Positions 37,757-49,942 of a stretch of 64,000 bases of DNA are shown in pieces; within the stretch, counting starts at the first letter, position 1, and every line of letters starts with the position of its first letter. The notes below the pieces were generated by a model. It was not told where the DNA came from and searched no databases. It saw only the letters and a list, made by a program, of their open reading frames with translations. Made by a program: the position numbers and the translations under genes. Source of the DNA: an uncultured Sunxiuqinia sp. (GTDB lineage Bacteria > Bacteroidota > Bacteroidia > Bacteroidales > Prolixibacteraceae); contig NZ_CAXBDD010000003.1 in NCBI RefSeq assembly GCF_963974515.1, positions 71,898-135,897 on the forward strand. Direction: 5' to 3'.

Positions 37757-38707
37757 ATGGGTCTATTCGGATCATTTACAAAATCGAAAAAAGAAAGCCT
37801 GGATCAGGGCCTTTCAAAAACCAAGGAGAGTGTTTTCAAAAAGTTGGGACGAGCCATTGTTGGTAAGTCAAAGGTTGATGATGAAGTCCTTGATAACCTG
37901 GAAGAAGTATTGATTACCTCCGATGTTGGTGTAGATACAACGTTGAAAATTATCCGGCGAATTGAAGAGCGCGTTTCGAAAGATAAATACTTTGGAGTTG
38001 ATGAACTCAATACGCTTTTAAAAGAAGAAATTGCCGCACTGCTCGACGAAAATAACAGCAGCGATGATGCCGATTTTGATCTTCCGCAGAGTGACCTGCC
38101 TTATGTAATTATGGTCGTGGGAGTTAATGGGGTTGGAAAAACAACCACTATCGGTAAGCTGGCCTATAACTTCAAGAAGAACGGAAAAAAAGTGGTGCTT
38201 GGAGCTGCCGATACCTTTCGTGCGGCGGCCATAGACCAGTTGCAAATTTGGGCCGATCGCGTCAATGTTCCGCTGATCAGGCAAAGCATGGGATCTGATC
38301 CTGCTTCCGTGGCCTACGATGCCCTGGCTTCGGCAAAAGCCTCAGGTGCCGACGTGGTGATTATTGATACAGCAGGCCGTTTGCACAATAAAATCAACCT
38401 GATGAATGAGCTAACTAAAATTAAGAATGTGATGCAAAAAATTGTGCCTGATGCGCCACATGAGGTTTTGCTCATTTTGGATGGATCGACCGGACAAAAC
38501 GCTTTTGAACAGGCCAAACAGTTCACTAAAGCAACGGAAGTCTCGGCTTTGGCTCTGACCAAGCTGGATGGAACGGCCAAAGGAGGTGTGGTTATTGGGA
38601 TTTCCGATCAATTTAAAATTCCCGTCAAATACATTGGAATTGGCGAAAAAATGGAAGATTTGCAGGTTTTCCGGCGAAAAGAGTTTGTAGAGTCACTGTT
38701 TTCGTAG
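37757..38707 (+). CDS. ftsY: Signal recognition particle receptor FtsY
   Basis: [33 protein letters not shown]. Confidence 0.97.
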   Translation: MGLFGSFTKSKKESLDQGLSKTKESVFKKLGRAIVGKSKVDDEVLDNLEEVLITSDVGVDTTLKIIRRIEERVSKDKYFGVDELNTLLKEEIAALLDENNSSDDADFDLPQSDLPYVIMVVGVNGVGKTTTIGKLAYNFKKNGKKVVLGAADTFRAAAIDQLQIWADRVNVPLIRQSMGSDPASVAYDALASAKASGADVVIIDTAGRLHNKINLMNELTKIKNVMQKIVPDAPHEVLLILDGSTGQNAFEQAKQFTKATEVSALALTKLDGTAKGGVVIGISDQFKIPVKYIGIGEKMEDLQVFRRKEFVESLFS

Positions 38708-38872
38708 ATATCTCTTCGTAAGCGGATGAATGTCATCCTGAACCTGTTTCAGGAACCGTCGCCTTATTAGGTTCCGAAAATAAGTTCGGAATGACTCATT
38801 CCCATAAAGAAAATTAAAAAACCACCATGGATTTAGTTTGTTGTAGAGGTGGAGAAAAAAAGAAGATAAAAG

Positions 38873-40168
38873 ATGAAACGAGGAAAAGTTAATATAACCA
38901 CCCTGGGGTGTTCGAAAAATTTGGTTGATTCGGAAATGCTGCTCAACCAGCTTGATCTGAATGGTTTTAAAGTGGTTCACGACAGTGAAGATGATGATGC
39001 CAATATTGTTATTCTGAATACCTGTGGCTTTATCATGGATGCCAAGGAAGAATCCATCAATTCGATCTTGAGCCACGCCCAGGCCCGAAAAAGCGGAAAG
39101 TTGGATAAGCTGCTGGTTATGGGTTGTTTGTCGGCGCGCTACAAGGAAGACTTGGAGAAGGAAATTCCGGAAGTAGATAAATTCTACGGCAAATTTGACT
39201 ACAAGCAAATTATTCAGGATTTGAATGCCAACTTCTTTGAACAGAAGATGTATCACCGCCTGAAAACAACACCGAGCCACTTTTCTTACCTGAAAATCAG
39301 TGAAGGATGCAACCGGCACTGCTCATTTTGTGCCATTCCCCAGTTTACCGGAATCCATAAATCGCGCAGCATAGAGAGTTTGCTGGAAGAAGCCCAAACA
39401 CTGGTTGATAGTGGAACTAAAGAACTGCTGATCATTGCGCAGGATTTGTCATACTACGGAATTGATATGTATGGCGAAAGCAAGTTGGCCGAACTGATTG
39501 ACCGGTTGGCCGATATTAAAGGATTGGAATGGATCCGCTTGCATTATGCCTACCCGTCTAAATTTCCGATGGACTTGCTGAAAGTGATCCGTGAACGACA
39601 TAACGTGGCCAGCTACCTGGATTTGCCATTACAGCACATAAGCGACCGAATGCTGGGGCGTATGCGCCGAAAAATTACCAAAGACGAAACCATCAGCCTG
39701 ATCAACAGGATCCGTGAGGAAGTACCGGGAATTGCGTTGCGAACTACCTTTTTGGTTGGCCACCCGGGTGAAACTGAAGAAGATTTTGAAGAATTGAAAG
39801 CCTTTGTTGCCGAGCAGAAATTCGATCGCATGGGCGTTTTCGCCTATTCGGACGAAGATGATACTTACGCTTTTAAAATGTACGAGGACGATGTTCCGGA
39901 AGACGTAAAACAGGAACGCGCGGCAGAACTGATGGAACTCCAACAAAACATTTCTGAAAAACTAAATACAGAGAAAGTAGGGAAGACCCTAAAAGTATTG
40001 ATTGATCGCGAGGAGGCAGATTATTTTGTTGGCCGGACTGAATTTGACTCACCTGAAGTGGATGGGGAAGTGTTGGTTGAAAAAGAGGAATCAATTCAAA
40101 TTGGTCAATTCTACCCGATTCAGATCGCCGACTCAACCGAGTTTGACTTGATTGGGAAAGTTTCCTGA
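38873..40168 (+). CDS. rimO: Ribosomal protein S12 methylthiotransferase
   Basis: LGCSKNLVDSE, NTCGFI, CNRHCSFC, TRAM tail with SPEVDG. Confidence 0.95.
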   Translation: MKRGKVNITTLGCSKNLVDSEMLLNQLDLNGFKVVHDSEDDDANIVILNTCGFIMDAKEESINSILSHAQARKSGKLDKLLVMGCLSARYKEDLEKEIPEVDKFYGKFDYKQIIQDLNANFFEQKMYHRLKTTPSHFSYLKISEGCNRHCSFCAIPQFTGIHKSRSIESLLEEAQTLVDSGTKELLIIAQDLSYYGIDMYGESKLAELIDRLADIKGLEWIRLHYAYPSKFPMDLLKVIRERHNVASYLDLPLQHISDRMLGRMRRKITKDETISLINRIREEVPGIALRTTFLVGHPGETEEDFEELKAFVAEQKFDRMGVFAYSDEDDTYAFKMYEDDVPEDVKQERAAELMELQQNISEKLNTEKVGKTLKVLIDREEADYFVGRTEFDSPEVDGEVLVEKEESIQIGQFYPIQIADSTEFDLIGKVS

Positions 40169-40194
40169 TCAGCAGATCCGATAAAGCTATTTTT

Positions 40195-40245
40195 GAAGCA
40201 TCGCCATATTTTCAGGAACAACCTGATGAAATATGGCGATGCTTC
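40195..40245. terminator. Long hairpin between convergent rimO and hydrolase genes
   Basis: 17-bp arm gaagcatcgccatattt pairs with aaatatggcgatgcttc; inner tcagg/cctga. Confidence 0.65.
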
Positions 40246-40273
40246 TTTTGTTTAAGCTGCTGAAGTCAGTGGA

Positions 40274-41266
40274 TCACATTCCCAAAATGTCTTCAGCAAA
40301 ATCAATACAGGCCTGTTCAACTTCGGTTTGGGCTTTTGAGAACATTCCGCAGCCAATCACATGGGTTCCGGCATCAAACGCCTGTTTTCGTTTGAGCGAT
40401 CCCGAAGTTCCCAGCTGATCGTACATTTTCAGCATGGCATCAACCCGAACAACATCATCCTGATGCTCTTCATCCTCATAATAATAAGCCAGAAACACCG
40501 GTTCTTTAACCTTTCTAAATACGCCTTTTTGCATGGTGCATTCAACCAGTTGTTGCAGGTAAACCGTGGCTTCCATGCGGTAGAAGCAGTTCCAGTACAG
40601 GCATTCTTCAGCGCCTAAATCGTCGTTTGTATACCGATAGATTCCGCCGACCGATTGACGCCCGATTTGCAAGCCCCAGGGTTTGGACAGTAAAAAAGCT
40701 GCCGGATTATTGATCCGAATATTGGGAGACAGTAAAATCAGGCCTTCTACTAGTTCAGGAAAATCGGCCGCCAACTTCAAAGAAAGTGTGCCGCCGGTTG
40801 ACGTACCCATCATAATCACCTTCTTGCCCAGCAGATTTGCGATCTGCAATGCCTCTTTCGCTGATTCGTACAAACGATCGGGTGTCATGTCCAGCAATGG
40901 ATCCGTCACATCAAGGCCATGCGAAGCCAGCCTTGGGATGTAGGCGTTGGCCTGAAAATACCGGGCAAAGTTCAGATGGGTTGGATTTCCTTCGAAACCA
41001 GAAGCTGAAAAGCCATGTAGATAAAGCAGGCAGTAGCTTGTTTGGCCCTTTAACAGATCATCGTGCCAAATTACTTTCGATTCATTGTCTGACTTTACTG
41101 GCAAATTGGCTTCTTTCTCCTGGATGAAATTCTCCAACTCATCCAAGGATAGATTCAACTCTTCCAGCTCAGGATTGAATACCGGCTCATCTGGTTTGGG
41201 ACCAACTGTATAAATAAAGGCTGTAAATAGCACGAGAACGATCAATGCACGTAAAATTTTATTCAT
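40274..41266 (-). CDS. Alpha/beta hydrolase with N-terminal anchor
   Basis: YLHGFSAS, nucleophile GTSTGG, HVIG. Confidence 0.85.
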   Translation of the reverse strand: MNKILRALIVLVLFTAFIYTVGPKPDEPVFNPELEELNLSLDELENFIQEKEANLPVKSDNESKVIWHDDLLKGQTSYCLLYLHGFSASGFEGNPTHLNFARYFQANAYIPRLASHGLDVTDPLLDMTPDRLYESAKEALQIANLLGKKVIMMGTSTGGTLSLKLAADFPELVEGLILLSPNIRINNPAAFLLSKPWGLQIGRQSVGGIYRYTNDDLGAEECLYWNCFYRMEATVYLQQLVECTMQKGVFRKVKEPVFLAYYYEDEEHQDDVVRVDAMLKMYDQLGTSGSLKRKQAFDAGTHVIGCGMFSKAQTEVEQACIDFAEDILGM

Positions 41267-41541
41267 TTCGATACGTTTGAAAGGTCACCAAGATAGCAAA
41301 AAATGTGTTTAACTACATGGTGAAACTCAGCTGTGATTAATTGAACAGTGGTTGGCTTTGTAACCAAGCTGCTTTCGAAAATCTATTTGCTTTTCAGTCT
41401 TGGTTCATTCAGGCTTAAAAAACCGACATTGCCGGGTTGAAACTTAAAACCCCTATAAACATTAAAAACAAATGGATTGTTAATGTACCAAAGCAATTAA
41501 AACTATTTTTACAGAACCGTAAACAACCATAAAATCAACAT

Positions 41542-44274
41542 ATGGATAAATTTTCACAAGTAGGTAATCAAGAGATTGCTGCTGTTGAAGAACTCTACCA
41601 GGATTTTTTAAATGACCCTGATAGCGTTGAAGAAAGCTGGAAAAACTTTTTTAAAGGTTTTGAACTGGCGAGGGCAAATTATACTTCCAGAAAGATCCAA
41701 TGGAATGAGCCCATTGATAAGGAATTTGCTATACTAAACCTGATTCATGGCTATCGTCAGCGAGGCCATTTGTTCACAAAAACAAATCCCGTTCGTTCAC
41801 GAAGAACCTACACACCGACTTTATCTATCGAGAATTTCGGACTGGAAGAAAGCGATCTGGATAAGATTTTTCAGGCTGGTACAAATATTGGCATTGGTCC
41901 GGCGAAGCTTAAAGACATTATTGCCCACCTCGAAGCTACTTATTGTAACTCTATCGGGGTTGAATATGTGTTTGTGCGTGATCCAAAAGTGTTGACCTGG
42001 CTTCAGGAAAAGATGGAAGGATCGAAAAATTCGCAGGAGTTTACGGATGAAATGAAACGGCATATTTTCTACCATCTAAAATTAGCAGTTGGGTTTGAAA
42101 GTTTTATTCATAAAAAATTTGTGGGGCAGAAGCGCTTCTCGCTGGAAGGTGCAGAGTCGTTGATTCCAGCCTTGGATGCTGTGATTGAACAGGGAGCTGA
42201 TCTGGGGATCCGTGAATTTATCATCGGCATGGCGCACCGCGGGAGGTTAAACATTCTGGCCAACATCATGAATAAGCCTTACGAATATATTTTTAAGGAA
42301 TTTTATGGTACGGAATACGAAGAAGATATTGCCTTGGGCGATGTGAAGTACCACCTTGGATTTGAAAATGAGGTGACTTCTGATCATGGTGAGAAGATAA
42401 AGCTAAGCTTAATGCCTAATCCTTCGCACTTGGAAGCGGTTGCTCCCCTGGTTGAAGGAATGTCGCGCTCACGCATTGATTCGCTTTACGATGGAGACTA
42501 CGATAAATTGGCCCCCATTATCATTCACGGTGACGCCGCTATTGCTGCACAAGGTGTTGTTTATGAGGTTATTCAAATGTCGCAACTGAATGGCTACAGA
42601 ACTGGCGGTACCATTCACCTGGTGATTAATAACCAAGTGGGTTTTACCACCAACTATCTCGATGCCCGGTCCAGTACTTATTGTACCGATGTGGCTAAGG
42701 TAACCCGTTCTCCGGTGTTTCACGTAAATGGCGATGATGTTGAATCGCTCATATACACCATCAAGCTGGCCATGGAGTTCAGGCAAAAATTCAATAGCGA
42801 TGTTTTCATTGATATTTTGTGCTATCGAAAATATGGACATAATGAGGGAGACGAGCCCCGTTTTACACAGCCTCAATTATATAAGGCCATTGCAGACCAC
42901 AAAAATCCACGCGATATTTATGCCGAAAAACTAATTCGGCAAGGGATTATGACCTCCGAAGAAATTAAAGAGGAGATTAAAGCCTTCGATGAGTTGATGA
43001 ACTCAAAATATAAAGATTCGGAAGAGATTGACAAATTGAAGATCAAACAGTTTTTGGTGAACGAGTACGAATCGTTTGAAAAGCCACACAAAATTGATTT
43101 TTCGGAGGTTATCAAGACTGGGGTTAAACGGACCAGGTTGGTTGAATTGGCGGAGAAGATCAATTCAGTTCCCAAGGGAATGAAGTTTTTCAATAAAATC
43201 AACCGAATCTTATCCGATCGTCGACAAATGATTCTCGACGATCGGCTGGACTGGGGAATGGCGGAACTCTTGGCTTATGGGACCCTGGTTGACGAAGGGC
43301 ACCCCGTACGCATCAGCGGGCAGGACAGCGAGCGGGGAACCTTCGCACATCGACATGCGGCTTTTGTTGCCGAAGACGCTGGGGAAAAATATTTCCCTTT
43401 AAAAAACATTTCACCAAACCAGGGATCTTTTCATATCTACAATTCGCTGCTTTCGGAGTATGGAGTCATGGGGTTTGAATACGGATATGCTATGGCACAA
43501 CCCAATGCTTTAACCATTTGGGAAGCCCAATTTGGCGATTTTGTAAATGTCGCCCAGGTCATTATTGACCAATACATTACATCGGCCAACGAAAAATGGG
43601 GCTTGATGAACAACCTGGTGCTTTACTTGCCGCATGGGTACGAAGGTCAGGGTCCGGAGCATTCCAGTGCCCGTATTGAGCGTTTTCTGGCCCAGGCTGC
43701 AAGCAATAACATGCAGATTATTGAGCCAACAACGCCTGATAATTTGTTCCATATGCTCAGGCGGCACATGAAAATGAAAACACGGGTTCCATTAATTGTG
43801 TTTACACCCAAAAGTTTACTGAGGCACCCCATGGTTACCTGCACGCTGGAGGAGCTGGCTACCGGACATTTTCAGGAACTTATTGATGATAAACAAGTAG
43901 AACCGGATGAGGTGAAGCAGCTGGTAATTACCTCAGGCAGATTGTATTACGACTTGGTGAAAAAACGGGCAGACACAGCTGATAATACCACTGCAATTGT
44001 GAGATTGGAGCAGGTCTATCCACTGCCTGTTGAGCAGATTAATGCAACTATGAAAAAGTATAATAAAGCCGAACGTATTGTCTGGGCACAGGACGAACCG
44101 GCAAATATGGGGGCATGGCCCTTTATTTATCGCAGCTTGAAAGAAATACCTTTTGAAGTCGTTGCACGCTCCGAAAGTGCCAGCCCGGCCGGAGGTTTAA
44201 TGAAACAACATACATTGAGATTAAATAAGATCCTCGATCAAATATTTGATGCAGAAGTTTTAGCAAAAGCATAA
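41542..44274 (+). CDS. sucA: 2-oxoglutarate dehydrogenase E1
   Basis: [69 protein letters not shown]. Confidence 0.97.
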   Translation: MDKFSQVGNQEIAAVEELYQDFLNDPDSVEESWKNFFKGFELARANYTSRKIQWNEPIDKEFAILNLIHGYRQRGHLFTKTNPVRSRRTYTPTLSIENFGLEESDLDKIFQAGTNIGIGPAKLKDIIAHLEATYCNSIGVEYVFVRDPKVLTWLQEKMEGSKNSQEFTDEMKRHIFYHLKLAVGFESFIHKKFVGQKRFSLEGAESLIPALDAVIEQGADLGIREFIIGMAHRGRLNILANIMNKPYEYIFKEFYGTEYEEDIALGDVKYHLGFENEVTSDHGEKIKLSLMPNPSHLEAVAPLVEGMSRSRIDSLYDGDYDKLAPIIIHGDAAIAAQGVVYEVIQMSQLNGYRTGGTIHLVINNQVGFTTNYLDARSSTYCTDVAKVTRSPVFHVNGDDVESLIYTIKLAMEFRQKFNSDVFIDILCYRKYGHNEGDEPRFTQPQLYKAIADHKNPRDIYAEKLIRQGIMTSEEIKEEIKAFDELMNSKYKDSEEIDKLKIKQFLVNEYESFEKPHKIDFSEVIKTGVKRTRLVELAEKINSVPKGMKFFNKINRILSDRRQMILDDRLDWGMAELLAYGTLVDEGHPVRISGQDSERGTFAHRHAAFVAEDAGEKYFPLKNISPNQGSFHIYNSLLSEYGVMGFEYGYAMAQPNALTIWEAQFGDFVNVAQVIIDQYITSANEKWGLMNNLVLYLPHGYEGQGPEHSSARIERFLAQAASNNMQIIEPTTPDNLFHMLRRHMKMKTRVPLIVFTPKSLLRHPMVTCTLEELATGHFQELIDDKQVEPDEVKQLVITSGRLYYDLVKKRADTADNTTAIVRLEQVYPLPVEQINATMKKYNKAERIVWAQDEPANMGAWPFIYRSLKEIPFEVVARSESASPAGGLMKQHTLRLNKILDQIFDAEVLAKA

Positions 44275-44284
44275 GGAAAGAACT

Positions 44285-45568
44285 ATGATCATTGAAATAA
44301 AAGTACCAACACCAGGAGAATCGATAACAGAAGTTGAACTAGGAAAATGGTTAGTGGAGGATGGCGATGTTGTTGATAAAGATGATGAAATAGCCGAGAT
44401 CGAATCGGATAAAGCTACCTTGACCCTTGTGGCTGAGGAAGCTGGAAAAGTTAGCTTTAAGGCTCAGGAAGGCGACACCCTTGATGTTGGCGCCGTGGCA
44501 TGTACCATCGACACATCGGTTCAACCTGAAGAGAAAACAGAAGCGGTAAAAGAGAAACCGAAAGAAGAAACGCAGGAGAAGGAACAAGTTGATGAAGAAC
44601 CTGCGAAGAGCCCAAAACAAGAAGAGTCAAGGAAGGAAAAATCAAAAGACGAATCGGTTGCAAAAGAAGATCAGACTCATGTGAAAACTACTTCAGTGGC
44701 CAAAAAAATGATGGAAGAGAATAACTTGTCGGTTGATGATATTCTCCAGGGACTGAAGCGTATCTCTAAAAAAGAAGTCGAAGTAGTAATGAACTTGCCG
44801 GAGGAAACGGCTGCTCCTTCTCGCAAAAAATCATTTTCGCGAGAGGAAGATCGGGAAAAAATGAGTTCACTGCGGCGCAAATTGAGTCATCGGCTTGTCT
44901 CAGTAAAGAATGAAACAGCGATGTTGACCACTTTCAACGAAATTGATATGAGCCGGGTGATGGAGTTGCGCAAAAAGCACCAAAGCCGGTTCATTGAAAA
45001 ACATGATTTCAAATTGGGCTTCATGGGATTTTTCACCAAAGCAGCGGCTGTGGCCATGAATTTTTATCCGGCAATCAATTCCATGCTTGATGGAGAAGAA
45101 ATTGTCAGTCCCAAATATGTTGATGTGGGCATTGCTGTTCAAACCCCCAAGGGTTTAATGGTTCCAATTATTCGCAACACCGAAAGTAAATCAGTTGTGG
45201 AAATTGAGAAAGACCTGAAAGATTTGGCTGAAAAAGCGCGGAATAAGAAAATATCAGTGGAAGAACTGACGGGTGGCACCTTTACCATTACCAATGGCGG
45301 AACATTTGGCTCCTTGCTGTCAACACCGATTATTAATCCACCGCAGTCTGCTATTTTAGGTATGCATAACATTCTGGACCGTCCGGTAGCTGTCAACGGT
45401 AAAGTTGAGATCCGCCCCATGATGTACGTCGCCCTGTCTTACGATCACCGGATCATCGACGGGAAGGACTCAGTTGGCTTTTTGGTGAAAGTGAAAGAAT
45501 TGATTGAGAACCCGGAGCGACTCTTGAATAATGGTGCAAACCCGGAAGACTTGTTACTGGATTTGTAG
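44285..45568 (+). CDS. sucB: Dihydrolipoyllysine succinyltransferase E2
   Basis: Lipoyl [29 protein letters not shown]. Confidence 0.96.
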   Translation: MIIEIKVPTPGESITEVELGKWLVEDGDVVDKDDEIAEIESDKATLTLVAEEAGKVSFKAQEGDTLDVGAVACTIDTSVQPEEKTEAVKEKPKEETQEKEQVDEEPAKSPKQEESRKEKSKDESVAKEDQTHVKTTSVAKKMMEENNLSVDDILQGLKRISKKEVEVVMNLPEETAAPSRKKSFSREEDREKMSSLRRKLSHRLVSVKNETAMLTTFNEIDMSRVMELRKKHQSRFIEKHDFKLGFMGFFTKAAAVAMNFYPAINSMLDGEEIVSPKYVDVGIAVQTPKGLMVPIIRNTESKSVVEIEKDLKDLAEKARNKKISVEELTGGTFTITNGGTFGSLLSTPIINPPQSAILGMHNILDRPVAVNGKVEIRPMMYVALSYDHRIIDGKDSVGFLVKVKELIENPERLLNNGANPEDLLLDL

Positions 45569-45594
45569 AAATTGCTGAAGAGATCAAATCAGAG

Positions 45595-45625
45595 AGGCTA
45601 TTTTGGGTACCAAAATAGCCTTTTC
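45595..45625 (+). terminator. Terminator after sucAB
   Basis: aggctattttg/caaaatagcct stem plus tttt. Confidence 0.75.
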
Positions 45626-45703
45626 AATGTTAAAGAGCGGTGAACCAAATTCGATTTTTAGTTTCATTTTGAGTAAATTCGACGCGTTTTAAAAATTCAC
45701 AGA

Positions 45704-46657
45704 ATGAAAATTGTTGTTTTAGATGGCTATACCCTAAATCCCGGAGACCTCAGCTGGGATGCTTTGAAAGCAATCGCGTCCTGCGATATATATGACAATA
45801 CCCCAGATAATCTGCGACTAAAACGGATTGGAGATGCTGAAGTTGTGTTCAGCAATAAAGTGGTGCTTGATGAGGAAATCTTCAAAGCTTGTCCTTCCAT
45901 AAAATACATTGGTGTTTTGGCTACCGGCTACAATGTCATTGATTTAGATGCCGCAGCTGAAGCGGGTATTGTGGTCACAAACATTCCGGCGTACAGCACC
46001 GATTCTGTTGCACAAATGGTCTTTGCCCATCTTTTGCACATCGTTAACCAGGTGCATCTTCATGCCGAAGCGGTAAGCAAGGGAGACTGGGTCAAATCAA
46101 AAAACTTCTCGTTTAGTGTGTCGCCTCAAATCGAGTTGAGCGGAAAAACACTGGGCATCATCGGTTTCGGACAAATAGGAAGGAAAGTGGCCGAAATAGG
46201 ACAGGCCATGGGTATGAAAATCGTGTTTCAGAACCGATCTGTAAAAACAGATGTCCCTGCTGAATTTTTGCAATGTGATCTTGATGCGCTGCTGCGAAAG
46301 TCGGATGTGGTGAGTTTAAACTGCCCGCTAACGGATTCGAATGTCGGTTTTGTCAATAAAAACAAGCTGGACTTGATGAAACCAAACGCCATTATAATCA
46401 ATACCGGCCGGGGGCCGCTAATCAATGAACAGGATTTGGCTGATGCGCTCAACAACGGGCGAATCGCTGCTGCGGGACTTGACGTACTTTCCACCGAACC
46501 GCCAGCGGCTGATAATCCGCTGCTACGCGCAACAAATTGTTACATTACGCCACACATAGCGTGGGCCACAAAAGAATCACGTCAACGTCTAATGGACATT
46601 GCGATCGAGAACCTAAAAGCTTTTCTGAATAGAAAAAAGCTCAACGTGATCAACTAA
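45704..46657 (+). CDS. D-2-hydroxyacid dehydrogenase (glycerate dehydrogenase-like)
   Basis: ATGYNVID, GFGQIG, LNCPL, INTGRG, GLDV..TEP, TPHIAW. Confidence 0.92.
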   Translation: MKIVVLDGYTLNPGDLSWDALKAIASCDIYDNTPDNLRLKRIGDAEVVFSNKVVLDEEIFKACPSIKYIGVLATGYNVIDLDAAAEAGIVVTNIPAYSTDSVAQMVFAHLLHIVNQVHLHAEAVSKGDWVKSKNFSFSVSPQIELSGKTLGIIGFGQIGRKVAEIGQAMGMKIVFQNRSVKTDVPAEFLQCDLDALLRKSDVVSLNCPLTDSNVGFVNKNKLDLMKPNAIIINTGRGPLINEQDLADALNNGRIAAAGLDVLSTEPPAADNPLLRATNCYITPHIAWATKESRQRLMDIAIENLKAFLNRKKLNVIN

Positions 46658-46689
46658 AATTGCTTGATTTGGAAGATGTCTGCTGCTGG

Positions 46690-46878
46690 TTATTCGTCTA
46701 GGTCGTCGTCTGAATTAAAGTCATTAAAATCAATTTCATCATCAAATTCATCATAAATAGACAGGCGGCGTTTTGAGCCTCGCTCTTTCTTTACACTTTT
46801 TGGTGATTTGCTCCTGGAATCAAGGTCTTCAAAATCGGCATGATTTTGTTTCTTTGCGGAGCTGCTTTTCGATTTCAT
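46690..46878 (-). CDS. Small bipolar (basic N-terminus / acidic C-terminus) protein
   Basis: 62 aa; A-rich start context gtaaaattaaaATG; fills the gap between genes. Confidence 0.6.
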   Translation of the reverse strand: MKSKSSSAKKQNHADFEDLDSRSKSPKSVKKERGSKRRLSIYDEFDDEIDFNDFNSDDDLDE

Positions 46879-47137
46879 TTTAATTTTACGGATCTAATAA
46901 TTAATAACTTACTTCTATATCAATACCTTTCAGCATTGCCTTGGTAAACTAGAAAAAAATATTTCTATTTTCCAAATGCCTTAGGTTGTTTTTTATTACC
47001 CAACACGGATTAATTTAAAATTGTTGTGTATTCTGGTTCTTTTTTTCGCTTGATGTTGATATTAACAACAATTCTTCCCAACAAGATTAAGCGAGTGCTT
47101 GTTACATCAACAAGAGAAACAGTTAAAGACAATAATT

Positions 47138-47722
47138 ATGAGTTTTACTTTGAAAATTGGAGCACGTGCAATTGATTTCAACCTTCCTGCAACTGACGGA
47201 AAAAATTATACCCTGGCGGATTTTGATTCTGCTAAATTCTTGGTCGTTTTTTTTACCTGCAACCATTGCCCATATGTCGTTGGAAGTGATGAGCTAACAA
47301 GAACAACAGCAGAGAAATTTAAAGATCAGGGAGTTCAATTCATCGGAATCAACTCAAACAGCGAAAACACGTATCAGGAAGACGACTTCGGCCATATGGT
47401 CGAACGAATGAAAACACATCAGTTTCCCTGGGTCTATTTGCGAGACGAAAGCCAGGAAGTTGCGCAAAAGTATGGCGCGCTAAGAACTCCACATTTCTAT
47501 GTTTTTGATGCCGGACGGCGTTTGGTTTATACCGGTAGGGGAGTGGATTCCCCCAAAGACGCCTCCAAGGTGAAGATCAATGATTTAGAGCGCACGTTGC
47601 AAGAACTCACGTCCGGTAAAATGATTTCAGTACCAGTGACAAATCCGATTGGTTGTAATGTGAAGTGGGATGGAAAAGACAAGCATTGGATGCCTCCCGA
47701 AGCGTGTGACTTGGTGCTTTAG
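47138..47722 (+). CDS. Thioredoxin-fold AhpC/TSA family protein
   Basis: [26 protein letters not shown]. Confidence 0.9.
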   Translation: MSFTLKIGARAIDFNLPATDGKNYTLADFDSAKFLVVFFTCNHCPYVVGSDELTRTTAEKFKDQGVQFIGINSNSENTYQEDDFGHMVERMKTHQFPWVYLRDESQEVAQKYGALRTPHFYVFDAGRRLVYTGRGVDSPKDASKVKINDLERTLQELTSGKMISVPVTNPIGCNVKWDGKDKHWMPPEACDLVL

Positions 47723-47864
47723 TCCAAACAAGGAGCATTTTTATATAGAAAATCGCTGCCGTACTTTCGTAATCATGTTGTACTTTTGAATAGAAAAAGA
47801 GAACAGTTAGAAGCAATTATTAACATCATGTGCCGTTATTAATTTTGAACCAATATCTTATATC

Positions 47865-48446
47865 ATGAAAACGATTGTAATCATTTTATTATTCGCGTCA
47901 TTTTGCCTGCCTGCAGCAGCACAATCTCCAATAAACCTTGGTTTAAAAGGTGGGATTAATAGTACGAAATTAACTTCCGATCTGAGTAAATATGATGAGG
48001 AGAGTATCAACAAGTTTCACGCGGGCGCTTTTGTGAGGGTAAATCTTGGAAATATCTATGTTCAGCCCGAAGCGTATTTTAATACCAAGGGTGGCGAATT
48101 AAATGAATCCGGTGGTATCGTCAATTCATTTGATCTGAAAACGGTTGATGTGCCGGTCTTATTGGGCGTCAATATCATTAAAAAGGGTCCCCTGGCTCTG
48201 CGTGCCAATGCAGGTCCTGTCTTTTCCTTTGTCACCGACAAAGAATTTAATGGGGATGAGACTGCATTTAACAGGGATTATATCGAAGACAATTTTTTTG
48301 GCTGGCAATATGGCGTTGGTGCCGACTTTATGATGTTTACCCTGGATGTTCGCATGGAAAACAACTCGGGTGAATTGTACAAAGGACCAGACTTCGAAAG
48401 TAAAAGTAAAAGTTTTGTGATCAGTCTAGGTTTTAAATTACTCTAA
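47865..48446 (+). CDS. Outer-membrane beta-barrel (porin family) protein
   Basis: Signal peptide, GLKGG, YVQPE, VPVLLG, terminal LGFKLL. Confidence 0.85.
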   Translation: MKTIVIILLFASFCLPAAAQSPINLGLKGGINSTKLTSDLSKYDEESINKFHAGAFVRVNLGNIYVQPEAYFNTKGGELNESGGIVNSFDLKTVDVPVLLGVNIIKKGPLALRANAGPVFSFVTDKEFNGDETAFNRDYIEDNFFGWQYGVGADFMMFTLDVRMENNSGELYKGPDFESKSKSFVISLGFKLL

Positions 48447-48515
48447 GGTCACACATCGGACTTATTTCTTTTGATCTGACAAATCTTTTCTATTTTTGGT
48501 CAAGATCTTTTACCA

Positions 48516-49037
48516 ATGAAATCAATTATTTTTTCGATTATTTTTTTCCTTTCAGGATTTACGGTATTTGCCCAAGCCGATTCGGCAAAAACAAGTGCGG
48601 TAAATCCTGAATTTGATTATGTCTACCGGGAATTGTTCAACTTCCTACCCAATTCCACCTTTGGCGAGTTGTCCATCGAGCAGCCAGATTTGGCATCGTT
48701 CGATTTTAACCGGCGACCCGATCTTGTGATTGATTTCAATTCGTTTTCATCCAACAATCGTTTTACCATCTCCAATCATCATTTGACTTATTTTAATCCA
48801 TTTGTCCATTCGCTTGGGATCACCAATCAAGCGCACTATCAATTGAACGATAAGCTTATGCTTGGAGGAAATAGTTTTGTTGCCAATTCAATTTTTAATC
48901 CCCTTCCTGCCAATCCATCTCTTCAGGATATGGGTATTCGCGGGGCTTCCATGTTTCTTCAATACAAAGTTTCAGATAAGTTTAAAATTGGCGGGAGCTT
49001 TAGTATTAGCAATCAAAACCATCCATTTTTCTGGTAA
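48516..49037 (+). CDS. Hypothetical exported protein
   Basis: Signal peptide (..TVFAQ); C-terminal beta-strand pattern FLQYKVSDKFKIGGSFSIS. Confidence 0.65.
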   Translation: MKSIIFSIIFFLSGFTVFAQADSAKTSAVNPEFDYVYRELFNFLPNSTFGELSIEQPDLASFDFNRRPDLVIDFNSFSSNNRFTISNHHLTYFNPFVHSLGITNQAHYQLNDKLMLGGNSFVANSIFNPLPANPSLQDMGIRGASMFLQYKVSDKFKIGGSFSISNQNHPFFW

Positions 49038-49471
49038 TACTCCAAGGTGAGGTAGAAGATATTGAATTGATCCCAGTCATCCGGATCTGGCTTTTTTTTG
49101 GTCGGAGTTGCTGTCTCGGTTGGCTGATTTGATTCGGCTCGTCATTGCAATGGTTAGGGCTGAAACCGGAATTTTCGGTAAAATTCCCAATCGAATAGGT
49201 TGCGAACCTTCAATACCTGTTCCATTCTACTTCTGTGTGACTACCGTTTGTCTCAAAACAAATTTTCAGAAAAAATATTCATGTTTTTGTTGACCGGATG
49301 ATATCGTTCACCCCCTAGATCTTGTTGTTCGTCGAAAGCCGTCTGATTATGACTTGGGGAGGTGTAATTTTTCAATTTGTTACTCGTCTATTAAGTAAAA
49401 AAGCAGAAAACAAGAGACGCTTTTAAGCGCTCAAAACAGAAACAATTTATTAAACGATTAAATCCAAAGTC

Positions 49472-49942
49472 ATGAAAAACAAAGTTATTACAGGAATTAC
49501 CGCATGTGTCCTTTGTCTGGCAACGTTTGCAGTGCAGGCAACAGAAACCGACCGTACATTTAGTGACTACGACATCGTAGCCGTCAACAATCAAGATTTG
49601 TCAGCAAAGGCTGATAAAGCCTGGGTTTTGTCATACGACAACGAAGAGGCTCCAATTGTCATCACGCTGCACGAGACTAAAAGGTCAAAAAATTATGTCG
49701 TTCGTGCTGAACATTTTGAGGTATCGTATGTGTGCTGCAAAAAGGGATTCGGAGCATCGCTGGTCAAGGCCGAATACAGCGAGATTCCAGAAGAAATTAT
49801 CAGCCGCGTGATCAATTCGGAAGAACTAAATCGCCAAAAAATTCTTACTCCCAACCAAGTGACCGAAGATCAGGCGCTTGATTTAATTGCTGCGTATTTA
49901 CCGGATTTAATAAATCCAAGCTATAAACATCTGTTGAATTAG
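49472..49942 (+). CDS. Hypothetical exported protein
   Basis: Signal peptide (..AVQA), A-rich start context, followed by terminator hairpin ggctgcttc/gaagcagct. Confidence 0.7.
   Translation: MKNKVITGITACVLCLATFAVQATETDRTFSDYDIVAVNNQDLSAKADKAWVLSYDNEEAPIVITLHETKRSKNYVVRAEHFEVSYVCCKKGFGASLVKAEYSEIPEEIISRVINSEELNRQKILTPNQVTEDQALDLIAAYLPDLINPSYKHLLN

Noticed and set aside
41542-45568. sucAB without an adjacent E3 (lpd)
   Set aside because: E3 is often shared and encoded elsewhere; unremarkable
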